In this document: piece after piece, positions 28,440 to 28,672 of the stretch | How the letters are laid out: each line of letters starts with the position of its first letter | How positions within the stretch are numbered: the first letter of the stretch is position 1 | Source: Planctomycetota bacterium | GTDB lineage: Bacteria > Planctomycetota > UBA8108 > UBA1146 | DNA: 28,672 bases | Direction: 5' to 3' | NCBI GenBank assembly: GCA_036338595.1 | Contig: JAYZBV010000035.1 | Span: forward strand, 1-28,672 | Made by a program: the position numbers and the translations under genes | Notes under the pieces: model-generated | Told to the model about the DNA's origin: nothing | Database searches by the model: none | Seen by the model: the letters and a program-made list of their open reading frames with translations, nothing else

Positions 28440-28640
28440 GACCTAGATGTTCATCAAAATTAGATCAATTCGTTGTCTTTATACATAGGGCCAGGCCTAA
28501 CTGTGGAAAACCACGGATGGAGATGTAGTAACCAGTATATTTATAATACTTTACGACATAAAAACGGTATGGATTGGTTGTGGAAAACAGGATGGCTCCC
28601 TGCGAACAGCCGGCAGTGTCTGGCAGGGTTATCCAGCGGC
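28440..28640. promoter_or_regulatory. Probable chromosomal replication origin (oriC) segment
   Basis: Non-coding DNA upstream of dnaN. DnaA-box matches: TGTGGAAAA at 28502-28510 and 28579-28587, TTATACATA at 28479-28487, and TTATCCAGC at 28629-28637 (2 mismatches). AT-rich tracts at about 28445-28487 and 28534-28564. Confidence 0.7.
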
Positions 28641-28672
28641 CCTTTGCGGGGACCGCAGAACCACACCTGGTT

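Noticed and set aside
28636..28656. GC-rich hairpin GCGGCCC/GGGACCGC at the right edge
   Set aside because: The stem is imperfect, there is no U-tract and the upstream context is outside the window, so it cannot be called a terminator.

Overview
Bacterial chromosomal window that appears to lie next to the replication origin. The organism is probably a member of Planctomycetota; this is inferred from the DCNxNGxPDxC repeats and FxRGD dockerin-like tail of the large secreted protein and from the GyrA GESVIYPT motif. The right half carries a probable oriC (DnaA boxes plus AT-rich tracts) upstream of a minus-strand dnaN-dciA-gyrB-panB-panE-gyrA run. In that run recF is absent and two pantothenate genes separate gyrB from gyrA. 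After a 455-bp structured intergenic gap comes a translationally coupled three-gene unit: an XPB-like helicase, a 674-aa partner with a related domain, and a 229-aa unknown protein. The left half has mostly envelope and metabolic genes: lspA, TPR-SPOR and TolB-like lipoproteins, mscS, yjbQ, an orphan hydantoinase/oxoprolinase A subunit, a spermidine-synthase-like methyltransferase and DUF2306. It also has a 1436-aa secreted Asp/Cys-rich protein built from 20-aa and 41-aa units in a 606-bp higher-order repeat, with only 1 Lys and 4 Arg. I saw no tRNA, rRNA, CRISPR array or mobile element. All family assignments come from recognising motifs by eye, not from database searches.
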